A stretch of DNA of 64,000 bases from Acidobacteriota bacterium (GCA_963666055.2 CAXWPH010000014.1:256001-320000); one strand, 5' to 3'. Positions 1-13,121 are shown, numbered from the stretch's first letter. The notes: generated by a model from the letters alone, not told the origin. Numbers and translations: made by a program.

Positions 1-418
1 GGCCGTTGGCTATCAAGCCGACGACCGCAACCCCCATCATCAGCGGAGCGTCGACAGCCGGCGGCTCGAGCAGCCGCTCGTACGCCTCCCAGCCGATAAT
101 TCCGGAGATCGCCACCAGCACAACGCCGTTTACCAGAGCCGCGAGGATCTCGAGTCGGTGCCAACCGTAGGTCTTGCTTCGGGTCGGCGGACGCGACGCG
201 AAGCTAACCGCCAGGTAGGCGAGCAGCAGCGCCAGCGCATCCGACAGCATATGGCCGGCGTCCGCCAGCAGCGCCAGGCTGTTGCTCAGCCAACCGCCGA
301 CGAACTCCGCCACGAGGATGACGCTGGTGGTGACCAACGCCAGCATGAGGCCGCGTCGCTCACTCGTGCGGCGCCGGCCGGAGCCGTGCGGGCGAACTTG
401 GTGATGAGAATGCGCCAT
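1..418 (-). CDS. Cation diffusion facilitator (CzcD/ZitB-like) Zn/Co/Cd efflux transporter, runs off the window edge
   Basis: Not in the ORF track. Manual translation from ATG 418 gives MAHSHHQ...AEFVGGWLSNSLALLADAGHMLSDALAL...TYGWHRLEILAALVNG, the CDF signature. Confidence 0.92.
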   Translation of the reverse strand, partial: MAHSHHQVRPHGSGRRRTSERRGLMLALVTTSVILVAEFVGGWLSNSLALLADAGHMLSDALALLLAYLAVSFASRPPTRSKTYGWHRLEILAALVNGVVLVAISGIIGWEAYERLLEPPAVDAPLMMGVAVVGLIANG

Positions 419-428
419 GTTAGGGATT

Positions 429-1319
429 CTACTCCGATCGTTCCGCTCCCCGGCGCGAGATGTGCGCCAGGACCTGGAGCAGGATATGCGCGGCCACGGC
501 CGCGGTGCTGTCGCTCGGATCGAGCGCTGGTGCCACCTCGACCAGGTCCATGCCGACGACACGTGTCTTGCTCCACAGCGATGCGAGCAAGTCGAGAAGT
601 GCCCGGCAGTCGGGCCCGCCAGCTATCGGGTAGCCGGTCCCCGGTGCCGCGGCCGGATCCAAGACATCGATATCCAGCGACAGGTACAGGGGGCGGTCGC
701 CGACTGACTCGGCGATCTGTCGGGCCAACTCCTCGCTTCCGGCGGCGCTCCAGGCTGCCGCGGTAACGACGAGGCCGGCCTCGTCGATCGACTCGAGCTC
801 GGTGTGAGCAAAGGACCGCAGGCCGACAAGGCAGGTGGAAACGGGCTCCACCCCGACCGTGTCCCAGACCCTGCGAACGACACAAGCGTGCGAGTTGCGA
901 TCGCCGTCATAGGTATCGAAGCAATCCGCGTGGGCGTCGAGCATCAAGAAGGCGAGATCCGAGTATCGGTCGGCTACCGCCGCTACCAGCGGCGGAGTCA
1001 CCGAATGGTCCCCTCCCAGGCCGATGAGCAATCCGTTGGGCTCCTGGCGCAACGCCTGGCGCGCCGCGGCCTCGATCGTCGGCCACGCCGGCACATCGGG
1101 CATCACATCACCTAGATCACGAACCTGTAGACCGGTAATCCGACGCCCGGTCTCATCGATCGCTTCGGCACTCTCCCCCCAGCGTCGGATGGCAACGGGG
1201 CCCGCCGAAGCTCCAGACCGACCGGTGGCGGCGCCGTCGACCGGGCATCCGAGAATCAGCGCCGTCTGTTGCTCGCCATCTCTTCTCGTGAGCCCGAACC
1301 AGCTACCAATGTCGCGCAT
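429..1319 (-). CDS. Agmatinase/arginase (ureohydrolase) family protein
   Basis: GGDHS, LDAHAD and SLDIDVLDP..APGTG Mn-binding motifs. Start at ATG 1319 is preferred; the ORF is open to 1391. Confidence 0.88.
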   Translation of the reverse strand: MRDIGSWFGLTRRDGEQQTALILGCPVDGAATGRSGASAGPVAIRRWGESAEAIDETGRRITGLQVRDLGDVMPDVPAWPTIEAAARQALRQEPNGLLIGLGGDHSVTPPLVAAVADRYSDLAFLMLDAHADCFDTYDGDRNSHACVVRRVWDTVGVEPVSTCLVGLRSFAHTELESIDEAGLVVTAAAWSAAGSEELARQIAESVGDRPLYLSLDIDVLDPAAAPGTGYPIAGGPDCRALLDLLASLWSKTRVVGMDLVEVAPALDPSDSTAAVAAHILLQVLAHISRRGAERSE

Positions 1320-1413
1320 CCCGCGAGGCTCGCGCGCGCCATAGCGTTCGTCAAGGCCGCGCCGGCGCAGGAGGTGTTTTGACCGGGTCACCTCCTCCGT
1401 CTAGGCTGCTCGC

Positions 1414-3931
<2,518 letters not shown>

Positions 3932-3934
3932 CGG

Positions 3935-4345
3935 GTGAACATGGGCATTCGGATTCTGATCCCGAAGCCACGACGCAAACGCGGTACAACACCGACGCGG
4001 CGATTCGTGTGGGTGGCGGCCGGGCTCGGGATGTGGGGCGTCGCCTACTCCTTCTTCGGCGCTGGCGGCATGGTCGGCGTCTATCGTGCGCGCGCCGATG
4101 TGCAGGAACTGCAGCAGGAGATCGTCGCCGCCGAGCACGCCAACCAGACCCTTCGCGAGCGAATTCAAGCGCTTCGCAGCGAGCCGATGACGATCGAGCG
4201 CGAAGCCCGCGAACGCCTGGGTCTGGTGAAACCCGGCGAGAAGGTTTACCTTCTTTCCCCGCCGCCTCCAGAACACGAGGCCAACACGGGCGGGGACGAT
4301 CGCCTGGCTCCGCAGTCCTCAGCCAGCCCTGCCTTCCCGCAGTAG
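3935..4345 (+). CDS. ftsB: Septum formation initiator FtsB/DivIC family protein
   Basis: Single TM helix, coiled coil and IEREARERLGLVKPGE motif; conserved position downstream of eno. Confidence 0.88.
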   Translation: MNMGIRILIPKPRRKRGTTPTRRFVWVAAGLGMWGVAYSFFGAGGMVGVYRARADVQELQQEIVAAEHANQTLRERIQALRSEPMTIEREARERLGLVKPGEKVYLLSPPPPEHEANTGGDDRLAPQSSASPAFPQ

Positions 4346-4369
4346 GTCTGCCGCGCTTCGACTAGACAC

Positions 4370-5962
4370 ATGACCCGTATCGGAATCTACGGGTGGGGTG
4401 TGGTTGCGCCACGCTCTCCCGATGTGGCCGCGTTCGCCACCAACCTCGGGAAATCCGATACCTGGCTAGCTCCGTTCTCCGACCCCGACAGGTCGAACTT
4501 CCTCGCCGGCACACCCGAGTTCGACCTGACTGCCTACCGAGCCTGGATCGACGAACGTTTCGCACCCACCAAGTTCGCCCAGCTGCGCCAGAAGATGGGC
4601 TCGACGACGCAATACGCGATCGGAGCGTTCATCCAATCTCTCGGGCAGAACCCCGGCATCGAGGCAACGCTGCAATCGCTTGGCGCCCACGCCCAGGTAC
4701 TGATCACCACGGGGCTCGGCGACCTGCCGACCTACTATGACTGCTCGGTCAGCTTGTACCGGGCACGTCGTCGATGGGAGGAGTTCTGGGCCCAAGCGGA
4801 GCGCAACGCCGACCGAGCCGACTTCGACTCGGGCAACAGCGAGCACCGTGCCGATCTAAGCCGACGCTGGAACGTGCCGGTGAGCCCCGGCGGAATCGAC
4901 GAGGCGGCAGCGCGTGATGACGCCACCGAGGCCTGGAATCATTTCTGGGCGGACCGATCGGATGGGTTGACCACGTTCCTGGAGCGCCTCAATACGATCG
5001 AGGCGCAAGGCGTTGAAGGCGAGGTCGAGCAAGGCAAGCTACGACTACTGCGCCGCAAGCGTACGGAAACCGGGCGTCTGCAGAAAGAGGTGGGTTGCCC
5101 CACACCGCCCTGGCTGGCGGTGTCGGCGAACCTGCTGTGGAACCTCCACAATATCCCGGCCTCCCAGGTGTCGATGCTGGGCCGTATCACCGGCGCCGCC
5201 TACGCTCCGGTGGCGGCCTGCTCGGGCTTCGGCGTGGCCCTGCACCTGGCGATGCAAGCCATTCGCACCGGACAAGCAAAGGCGGTGGTGGTAGGTGCAG
5301 CCGACCCGCCGCCCCACATGCTGAGCGTCGGAACCTTCTACAGGGCCCGCGTGCTGGCTTCCGACCAGGCGCCCTCCGTGCCGCTCACGGATCTCCGCGG
5401 CACCCACGTGGCCGGCGGAGCGTGTGTGTGGATCGTCGGCGACCGCGACTTCATGGAAGGTCAGGGTTTCTCACCGGTAGGGTTGGAGCTCCTCGGCGTA
5501 GGAGTTACCTCGGACGCCGACCACATCATCACACCGTCAACGCAAGGGCCGCAGGACTCGATCCGACGCGCTCTCGAGGACGCCGGCGTCTCGGCCGATG
5601 AGATCTCCAACTGGGACCTGCACGCCACGGCCACACCCGGCGACTACCAGGAAGTCACCAACCTGAGCGCCATGGTTCGCGACGGCGTGGTGGTCACGGC
5701 AAGGAAAGGCACCTTTGGCCACGGCATGTCGTGCTGCGGCGGCTGGGAGCTGATGGCGCAGCATCTCGGTCTCGCCGAGGGCCGGATTCATCCGACGCCG
5801 CTGACCGCCGGACGGCTGAACCCGAGCGTGGCAAGCGCCCCGCTGCGCTACGTGCTCGACGAGAGCTACACGCCCGGACCCGGCGCAGCCGGCAAGCTCT
5901 CGATGGGTGTCGGGGGCATAAACGCCTGCATCATCTCGCGGCCCTGGGACACCCGGAATTAA
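4370..5962 (+). CDS. Stand-alone beta-ketoacyl synthase (FabF/KS-like) with large insertion
   Basis: AACS (catalytic Cys), SDADHI, HATAT (His), KGTFGH (His), SMGVGGIN. Confidence 0.8.
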   Translation: MTRIGIYGWGVVAPRSPDVAAFATNLGKSDTWLAPFSDPDRSNFLAGTPEFDLTAYRAWIDERFAPTKFAQLRQKMGSTTQYAIGAFIQSLGQNPGIEATLQSLGAHAQVLITTGLGDLPTYYDCSVSLYRARRRWEEFWAQAERNADRADFDSGNSEHRADLSRRWNVPVSPGGIDEAAARDDATEAWNHFWADRSDGLTTFLERLNTIEAQGVEGEVEQGKLRLLRRKRTETGRLQKEVGCPTPPWLAVSANLLWNLHNIPASQVSMLGRITGAAYAPVAACSGFGVALHLAMQAIRTGQAKAVVVGAADPPPHMLSVGTFYRARVLASDQAPSVPLTDLRGTHVAGGACVWIVGDRDFMEGQGFSPVGLELLGVGVTSDADHIITPSTQGPQDSIRRALEDAGVSADEISNWDLHATATPGDYQEVTNLSAMVRDGVVVTARKGTFGHGMSCCGGWELMAQHLGLAEGRIHPTPLTAGRLNPSVASAPLRYVLDESYTPGPGAAGKLSMGVGGINACIISRPWDTRN

Positions 5963-6086
5963 CGGTATCTTGCGCGTCGAGATTCTCCTCGACGGAGAGG
6001 CTGTGGCGTTTGACTGGACGCGGGATCAGCACGGCCACGTGAGCGCCAACCCGAGAATGCATCTACGAAATCTTTCTGGAGGCGAA

Positions 6087-6416
6087 ATGGCATACGTCTA
6101 TCTGGCCATCGCAATCATGGCGGAAGTGTTCGGAACCACCTCGTTAAAGGCATCCGAGGAATTCACGCGACTCGCGCCCAGCCTGGCCGTGGCGGCCGGC
6201 TACAGCGTCTCCTTCTACTTCCTCTCGCTGGTCCTGCGGAGCATCCCGCTGGGGATCACGTACGCGGTGTGGTCGGGGCTGGGCGTTGTACTGGTGGCAA
6301 TCGCGGGGGCGGTCGCCTATGAGGAGATTCCGGATGCCCCCGCCGTGCTCGGCATGACGATGATCGTCGGCGGCGTGATCGTCATGAACGTGTTCTCGAA
6401 GACCGTGATCCACTGA
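6087..6416 (+). CDS. SMR family small multidrug efflux transporter (EmrE/QacE type)
   Basis: 109 aa, 4 TM, AIMAEVFGTTSLK (membrane Glu), PLGITYAVWSG; GGAGG RBS before ATG 6087. Confidence 0.92.
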   Translation: MAYVYLAIAIMAEVFGTTSLKASEEFTRLAPSLAVAAGYSVSFYFLSLVLRSIPLGITYAVWSGLGVVLVAIAGAVAYEEIPDAPAVLGMTMIVGGVIVMNVFSKTVIH

Positions 6417-6429
6417 ACGCGGCGGCAGA

Positions 6430-7470
6430 TCAGCGGCCTGTCAAGGGTTTCGATACGCGCTCCGCGAACATCTCGATGAAGCGCGGCCAATCGAGATCGA
6501 ACTGAACCTCGATGCGCTGAGCTCCCTCTGCTCCCGGCCAGATGCGATCGCCTCCGACCGAGGTTCCGTAGCTGATTCCGCGATTGATATCGACGTCGAC
6601 AAACAGCTCACGGGTGGTTACCAGCGAGGGATCGATCAAGCTTGCCACCGCCACCTGGTCGTACATCAGCCACACCGTCGACGGATGCTCCTCGTAGACA
6701 GGCCCCATCTCGCGGCGGAGCAGCTCGGTAATCGGCGTGTCGGTGGCTACGATGCGCTCGTAGGCAGCTCGATCAAGCGAGGTCTTGCGCGACACGTTCA
6801 GCGGCGACAGGGTGATAGGGATTCCGGCGCGCAACACCGCGCGGGCCGCTTCTGGATCGACCCAGAAGTTGAACTCGGCGTTCGGCGTCACGTTGCCGTG
6901 CCCGTCGGGAAGGGTGGCGACGGCGCCTCCCATGATGACCAGCTTCTTCACGCGCCGGGCGAAGGCGGCGTCCTGTCGTATAGCGATCGCCACGTTGGTC
7001 AGCGGGCCGATGGCCAGGATGGTGATTTCCCCTGGCTGCTGGCGCACCGTCTCGAGCATGAACTCAACCGCACCGGTAGATTCCAGGGTCTTCGCGGCGA
7101 AGCCTCCGGGCGGCTCGCGGGGCACAGCGTTCGACCACCACTCCCCGTGATTCTGGATCGCGTAGTCCGACTTCTCATGCACCAGCGGCATGTCGGCGCC
7201 TGAGTAGACGCGGATCTCGGTACGTTCGGCGATTTCCAGCAGTCGCAGCACGTCGGCGTTTGCCTGCTCGAGCGATAGATTCCCTGCCACCGTGGTGATG
7301 CCGACGATCTCCAGCTCCGGAGACTGCAACGCCAGCAGCAACGCCATGCCGTCGTCCTGCGGTGGCATGGCGAAATCGGTGTCGAAGATTACTCGGTGCG
7401 ATTGAGCCGAGGCTACGTCGGCTATCAGCAGCGCCATCGTGGCAACAACGCTGAGAACAACCGGGCGCAC
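6430..7470 (-). CDS. Secreted nucleoside hydrolase (IUNH family)
   Basis: Signal peptide, IFDTD...DDGMA, GPLTN, AEFNFWVDPEAA. Confidence 0.9.
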   Translation of the reverse strand: MRPVVLSVVATMALLIADVASAQSHRVIFDTDFAMPPQDDGMALLLALQSPELEIVGITTVAGNLSLEQANADVLRLLEIAERTEIRVYSGADMPLVHEKSDYAIQNHGEWWSNAVPREPPGGFAAKTLESTGAVEFMLETVRQQPGEITILAIGPLTNVAIAIRQDAAFARRVKKLVIMGGAVATLPDGHGNVTPNAEFNFWVDPEAARAVLRAGIPITLSPLNVSRKTSLDRAAYERIVATDTPITELLRREMGPVYEEHPSTVWLMYDQVAVASLIDPSLVTTRELFVDVDINRGISYGTSVGGDRIWPGAEGAQRIEVQFDLDWPRFIEMFAERVSKPLTGR

Positions 7471-7474
7471 GTCG

Positions 7475-9169
7475 CTACATCCTTGAGCCGGTCAAGGTCA
7501 CGTCGGCTAGTGACCAGACCTGGTTGAACCTGTCGAGCTCGTCGGCGGCGTCCTTGCCCTGCGCTTGAAGGCTCTGGACGAGCCCGAACATCGACCAGCC
7601 ATTGCGCGGGAACACGGCCAGATCGTCGCGATAGATCTGCTCGGCTGCGGCGGCGTCTCCCGCCGCCAGCAGCGCCCGGCCCAACGACTGCCTGGTCGGG
7701 TAGTACCAGAACGGTGGCTCCGTGTACGGCAGCTCGTCCTGGGTGCCGACGGCGTGCTCGAAATGCGTGATCGCCGCGTCGAGGTCACCCTCGGCCATGG
7801 CGATGTCACCGAGAACGAGGGCATCGGCGATCGACAGCAATATGCTGGCCGGATAGTCGACCGAGTCGATCTGGTGAATCTTGTCGGTCTGCAGCAGCTG
7901 TACGAGGGCTTGCCGCTCGCCCCTCGCGGCTTCCAGGTCGCCCTGTGCCGCATAGGCGGTGGCGCGCGCGTAACGCCAGATTGCGTTCGAGAAATCGAGG
8001 TGCTCGGCTGGCTGGGGCTCATTCAACACCTCGCCCCATCGTCCGAATCGCGTCAGCGCGAGCATCGGGATGGTATGGAAGAACTCCACGCTCGGAAACT
8101 CTTCGATCATCTCCAGCCGGATGTTGGCGGCCACCCGCCGGCCCGCGTCGATGGCTACCTGGCTACGTCCTTCCATGGTCGAGGCTGCCCATAGGAAGTG
8201 AATGTTGTGCGGGTAGTACGCGGCGGGGTAGAAACCCTGAGCATTGCACGCGGCAATATAGGCCTCGTCGACGGCCGCGGCGCGTACGTTCACCTCGGAA
8301 GCATCATGGTAGCGGCCCACGCGCCAGTAAATGTGCGCCGGCATGTGCACCAGGTGCCCCGCTCCCGGCACCAGCTCGGCCAATACGTCGGCGCCCGGCT
8401 CGGCGCGCTCAGGAGCGGATGAAGCCTCGACCGCGTGGATATACAGATGAATTGCCAGTGGGTGATCCGGGCTGCGTGCCAGTACGGTTTCCAGCGCGCC
8501 GATCACCTCCACCGTCTCGGGCTTCGGGCTGTCCGGGTCGAGCCAGTAATCCCAAGGCATGTTGTTCATCAGCGACTCCGCGAACAGCGCCGCCAGATCA
8601 TCGTCGTCGGGGTACTTCTGATGCAGCTGACGCATGGCACCGGCGTATGCCAGATCGAGCGGCCCGCGCTCGGTCGTCGGGTCGCCGTTGTAGCGAACCG
8701 CGAGCGCATCGATGAGATCCTGCTCCTTGGGCGCCGCGCCACCCTTCCGAGCGACCGCCTTCTGGATCGCCGCGTAGGCGGCGAGGCGATCTTCGTCGGC
8801 CATCACGACCTTTCCATTGAAGGTCACGTTGATGTTCGGACCCAGTGCCAGCGCCTCGCCCCAGTAGCACATGGCGCAGTCATCATCGAGGCGCTGCGCG
8901 GCTTGAAACGAACGCACCGACTCCGCGTGGTTGAACGCAAAGTCGATCACCAGGCCCTGGTCGAAGTAGAGCTGGGCGGCGGGGTCGCTGGTGGTGATCG
9001 GGCGACTGTGGTCGCCCATGCCATCGAACAGCGGTGCCCCGGCGCGAGCCGCGAGTGCATTGCGCTCAGCGACAGCCAGCTCCGGATCCGGCGCCCGGCC
9101 TCCCGAGCACGCGGGCGACAAGAGCGAGCCAAGCATGGCGACAGACAACAGAACTCGAGACGACCTCAT
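7475..9169 (-). CDS. TPR-repeat lipoprotein
   Basis: Lipobox-like SPAC; FNHAESVRSF, HLYIHAVE and HLVHMPAHIY motifs of a conserved TPR family. Confidence 0.75.
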   Translation of the reverse strand: MRSSRVLLSVAMLGSLLSPACSGGRAPDPELAVAERNALAARAGAPLFDGMGDHSRPITTSDPAAQLYFDQGLVIDFAFNHAESVRSFQAAQRLDDDCAMCYWGEALALGPNINVTFNGKVVMADEDRLAAYAAIQKAVARKGGAAPKEQDLIDALAVRYNGDPTTERGPLDLAYAGAMRQLHQKYPDDDDLAALFAESLMNNMPWDYWLDPDSPKPETVEVIGALETVLARSPDHPLAIHLYIHAVEASSAPERAEPGADVLAELVPGAGHLVHMPAHIYWRVGRYHDASEVNVRAAAVDEAYIAACNAQGFYPAAYYPHNIHFLWAASTMEGRSQVAIDAGRRVAANIRLEMIEEFPSVEFFHTIPMLALTRFGRWGEVLNEPQPAEHLDFSNAIWRYARATAYAAQGDLEAARGERQALVQLLQTDKIHQIDSVDYPASILLSIADALVLGDIAMAEGDLDAAITHFEHAVGTQDELPYTEPPFWYYPTRQSLGRALLAAGDAAAAEQIYRDDLAVFPRNGWSMFGLVQSLQAQGKDAADELDRFNQVWSLADVTLTGSRM

Positions 9170-9295
9170 GACCCACTCCCCTCGGCTGGCGTTGCGAGGA
9201 CCCGTACGCAGGTTCAGCTGCCCTGCCGGGTTCAGCTACCCTGCCGGCAGACTAGTCCGCGCCGCACATCGAATCCAACCGCCGGCTCGACCTCT

Positions 9296-10981
9296 TCATG
9301 CCTGCCGCAGCTGGCGCGTCTCGGCCTCGTTGACCAGCATCGTTTCCGCATCGATCACTACCCGGTAGTCATCGCGAGCTCGCATTAGCGACACGTAGCC
9401 GTCGCGCACGTCCTCGAGCACCAGGGCGGGGTCGCGCTCTTCGGGTGGGCCGTAGCCGCCACCACCGGGCAACTCCAGCGTCACCTCCGTGCCGGGCGCC
9501 AGCTGCGCGCGGATCTTCGGATACACCGATACGTCGTTGTTCGCGTACACGGCACCCGGAGCACCTGGTCGCCCTCCGGCCAGACCCGGAGCCGGGAACT
9601 GCACACGCTCGTAGAGCCCCGAGAACATGTAGGGACGATCGGTGCGCACGGCGATCCGTATCACCTGTCCGAGGCCGCCACGAAACCGCCCTGGCCCGCC
9701 GGAGTCTCGTATCAGCGCCCGACGCGTGAGCATCACCGGCGAGACCGCCTCGATGACCTCCACCGGCACACCGGCGATGCCGCTCGGGAAGGCGGTGGCC
9801 GACAGACCGTCGCGATGGGCCATGGCGCCGGTACCACCGGAGGAGAACCAGACGTAGCTGAACGGCTCATCGGTGCGCGTATCGTGCCCGAAGATCTGCG
9901 TGTCCCAAAGGCTGTCGAAGCCCGGGGCCGAGACTTGGTCAGGCAGCACCTCCGCCAGTGCAATAAAGATGGCGCCGGGCAAGTAGTGTCCGATCAGGTG
10001 TCGGCCACCGATGGCCGCTGGGAACTGGGCGTTGAGGATGCACCCGGCTGGTGCGGTGACCGCCACCGGCCGGAAGCTGCCCTCGTTGTTGGGCACGTCC
10101 GGTGCGATCGCGCACTTCACGCCATAGGTGGTGTAGGCATGGCTGTAGTTAAACGCCACGTTGATACCCCAGCTCACCTCGGGCGAAGTTCCGGCGTAGT
10201 CGACTCGCAGAGAATCCCCTTCGACGACGACCTTGGTGCAGATACGGATCGGTTCCTCGAACCCGTCGCACATGACCTCCGAGCGATACTCCCCGTCGGG
10301 GATCGTCGCGATGCGCTCGCGCATGGCCGCCTCCGAGCGCTCGACGACCAGATCCGACAGCGCCTCAATGTCAGGAAGGTCGAATTCCGCCAGGCTCTTG
10401 AGGAGCTGATCGCCCCCTACCTCATTCGCCACTACCTGAGCGTGAATGTCGCCGAGCACCTCGTCGGGGGTACGTACGTTGGCACGAAGAAGGGCGAGCA
10501 GCGTATCGTTCGGCAACCCTGCGTCGTACAACTTCATGATCGGGATGAAGATCCCTTCCTCGTACACCTGGCGGGAGTCGGCAGACAGGCCACGGCCTCC
10601 GATGTCGAGCGCGTGACAGGTATTGCCAAAAAAGGCGACGACGCGCGATCGGTGGAAGACCGGAGTAATAACCGTGATGTCGTTGAGCTGCGAGGCCGTC
10701 TTCCAGGGATCGTTGGTGACCAGCACGTCGCCCGGCTGCAACGAATCGATAGGGAAGGCGCCGAGGAAGTGCCCCATGCTCGTGGCCATGGAGTTGATGT
10801 GCCCTGGGGTCCCGGTAACCGCCTGGGCAATCATGCGGCCACGGCGATCGAAGATTCCCGCCGACAGGTCACCGGCCTCGCGCAGCACCGAGGTAAACGA
10901 GGTGCGCATCAGGGCCGCGGCCTGCTCGTTGACCACGCCGACGAGGCGATTCCACAGCACGTCGAGAAGGATGGCATCCAT
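9296..10981 (-). CDS. Hydantoinase B/oxoprolinase family subunit
   Basis: RTSFTSVLREAGDLSA, NDPW, DIGG, DSGGPGRFRGGLG, PGGGGYG. True start is MDAILLD at 10981. Confidence 0.9.
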   Translation of the reverse strand: MDAILLDVLWNRLVGVVNEQAAALMRTSFTSVLREAGDLSAGIFDRRGRMIAQAVTGTPGHINSMATSMGHFLGAFPIDSLQPGDVLVTNDPWKTASQLNDITVITPVFHRSRVVAFFGNTCHALDIGGRGLSADSRQVYEEGIFIPIMKLYDAGLPNDTLLALLRANVRTPDEVLGDIHAQVVANEVGGDQLLKSLAEFDLPDIEALSDLVVERSEAAMRERIATIPDGEYRSEVMCDGFEEPIRICTKVVVEGDSLRVDYAGTSPEVSWGINVAFNYSHAYTTYGVKCAIAPDVPNNEGSFRPVAVTAPAGCILNAQFPAAIGGRHLIGHYLPGAIFIALAEVLPDQVSAPGFDSLWDTQIFGHDTRTDEPFSYVWFSSGGTGAMAHRDGLSATAFPSGIAGVPVEVIEAVSPVMLTRRALIRDSGGPGRFRGGLGQVIRIAVRTDRPYMFSGLYERVQFPAPGLAGGRPGAPGAVYANNDVSVYPKIRAQLAPGTEVTLELPGGGGYGPPEERDPALVLEDVRDGYVSLMRARDDYRVVIDAETMLVNEAETRQLRQA

Positions 10982-11021
10982 CAGCCTGCCCCGACCGCCG
11001 CTGTCTGCGGCTGCGTTGCTC

Positions 11022-13121
11022 TCACGACAGCTCCACCACGAGATTGAGTGACTCGTCCACGTGGGCACGGGTGTCGGGTCCGAGCACAACGGTCGACTCG
11101 CGCTCCTCCACCACGGCCGGGCCGTCGAATCGCGCTCCGACCGCCAGCAAGTAGCGGTCGTACACCGGCACCGGCAGGAGGCCAGATTCCTCGGGGAGGT
11201 AGATCGGCCGGTGCCCCTTGATCGGACTCGCTGCTTGAGCACCGGTCCCCGGCTGATCGACCGAGTCGGCCGGTGCCTCGGGCAGGTGCAGCTCGGGCAG
11301 CGGGCCGGCGCACGACACACGCCAACTCACCACCTCGATCTCCGGACCGGGCGGTGTGCGCCCGTAGATCGACTCATACTCGGCCTCGAAGGCAACCCTG
11401 ATCTCCGGTTCCCTGGCATCCCCGAGACTGCCGCCCGGAACGAGGATGCGCATCTCGTGCCCCTGCAGGCTGTAGCGGAGGTCTGCCCAGCGTCGGACCG
11501 ATATCTGTTCCGCCGGCAGCGTCGCCTCGAGGATCGAGCGGCCCTCGTGCTCCATCTCCGCCAGGCAGCCGTTGACCGCCGACCAGTCGAGCGATGCCAG
11601 CTTGCCCGGCAACGTGCGCACCGATTCGGTGGACAGCGGAGCGGCCAGGAAGCCGACCGCCGAGGTCACCCCGGCACTACGCGGGCAGATGAAGCGCGGA
11701 CAACCCAGAATCCGCGCGACCCGGTCGGCGTGTACGGGGCCCGCACCGCCGAACGCGAATAGCGGGAACCGACGCAAGTCCTTGCCGCGCTCCACCGCGT
11801 GCACCCGGGCCGCCGCTGCCATGCTCTCGTTGACTACCTGGTGGATTCCCCAGGCAGCGCGCAACGGGTCCAGATCGAGCGGCTCGGCAACATGCGCGAC
11901 AATCGCGGCGTGCGCAGCCGCGCGATCGAGCGTCATATCGCCGCCGAGGAAGAAGTCGGGGTCGAGATATCCGAGGATGAGATCGGCATCGGTGACCGTG
12001 GGCGCGGTACCGCCGCGGCCGTAGCAGGCGGGACCGGGATCCGACCCGGCGCTGTCTGGGCCTACGCCCAACAGGCCCAGAGGGCTCAGCCGCGCGATGC
12101 TGCCGCCGCCTGCTCCGATCTCGATCATCTCGATAACCGGCGCCTTGATCGGCAGGCCGCTGCCGCGCTTGAAAAGATAGACACGCGCAACCTCGAACTC
12201 CCGGGTGATCAGCGGCTCGCCCGCCTCGATCACGCCCGCCTTTGCGGTCGTGCCGCCCATGTCGAACGACAGCAGGTCCGGCTGCCCCATGCGCCGACCG
12301 TAGTAAGCCGCCGCCAGCGCCCCGGCCGCTGGTCCCGACTCGACCAGATGGATTGGCAGCCTGCAAGCCAGGTCGACCGTACAAATACCGCCGTTGGATT
12401 GCATGACGAACAGCGTCCCGACGATACCCAGCTCGCGTAGTCGCTCGACCAGACGGTTGAGGTAGCTACCCGCCAACCGCTGGATAAACACGTTGGCCAC
12501 CGTCGTCGAAGTGCGCTCGTACTCACGGATCTCAGGCGCCACATCGCACGACAACGAGCAGGCGATCTCGGGCGCGCGCTCGCGCAGCAGCTCTCCGATC
12601 GCCCGCTCGTGGTCCGAGTTCGCGTAGCTGTGCAGTAGGCAAACCGCCACCGCCTCGACCGCCTGCACGCGCAGCTCGTCGACAACTAGCGCCGCCCCAT
12701 CGAGATCGAGCTCTCGATGGACGGAACCGTCCTCGAGCACCCGCTCCTCGACTTCGTAGCGGAGATGGCGAGGCACCAGAGGGGCCGCACGCTCCAAGCG
12801 CAGGTCGTACATGTCGTAGCGATGTTCGCGAGCGATCTCAAGAGCATCGCGGAATCCAGCCGTCGTGATGAGGGCCGTCCGCGCCCCCTTTCGCTCGATC
12901 AGTGCGTTGGCGAACAGCGTCGTGCCATGAACGACGTGCGAGATTTCTTCGGCCGGCACCCCGGTAGCACTCAGTAGCGCCTCGATCCCCTCCCCCGCCG
13001 CGCGGGCCGGGTCGGTCGAGGTGGTCAGCACCTTCGCCACTTCGAAGACCGCCCCGGCGTCGTCGACCAGCACCAGATCGGTGAAGGTACCGCCGATGTC
13101 GACCCCGATCCGGTAGCTCAT
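11022..13121 (-). CDS. Hydantoinase A/oxoprolinase family ATP-dependent subunit
   Basis: IGVDIGGTFTD, ESGPAAG, DMGGTTAK, IGAGGGS, AFGGAGP. Confidence 0.93.
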   Translation of the reverse strand: MSYRIGVDIGGTFTDLVLVDDAGAVFEVAKVLTTSTDPARAAGEGIEALLSATGVPAEEISHVVHGTTLFANALIERKGARTALITTAGFRDALEIAREHRYDMYDLRLERAAPLVPRHLRYEVEERVLEDGSVHRELDLDGAALVVDELRVQAVEAVAVCLLHSYANSDHERAIGELLRERAPEIACSLSCDVAPEIREYERTSTTVANVFIQRLAGSYLNRLVERLRELGIVGTLFVMQSNGGICTVDLACRLPIHLVESGPAAGALAAAYYGRRMGQPDLLSFDMGGTTAKAGVIEAGEPLITREFEVARVYLFKRGSGLPIKAPVIEMIEIGAGGGSIARLSPLGLLGVGPDSAGSDPGPACYGRGGTAPTVTDADLILGYLDPDFFLGGDMTLDRAAAHAAIVAHVAEPLDLDPLRAAWGIHQVVNESMAAAARVHAVERGKDLRRFPLFAFGGAGPVHADRVARILGCPRFICPRSAGVTSAVGFLAAPLSTESVRTLPGKLASLDWSAVNGCLAEMEHEGRSILEATLPAEQISVRRWADLRYSLQGHEMRILVPGGSLGDAREPEIRVAFEAEYESIYGRTPPGPEIEVVSWRVSCAGPLPELHLPEAPADSVDQPGTGAQAASPIKGHRPIYLPEESGLLPVPVYDRYLLAVGARFDGPAVVEERESTVVLGPDTRAHVDESLNLVVELS

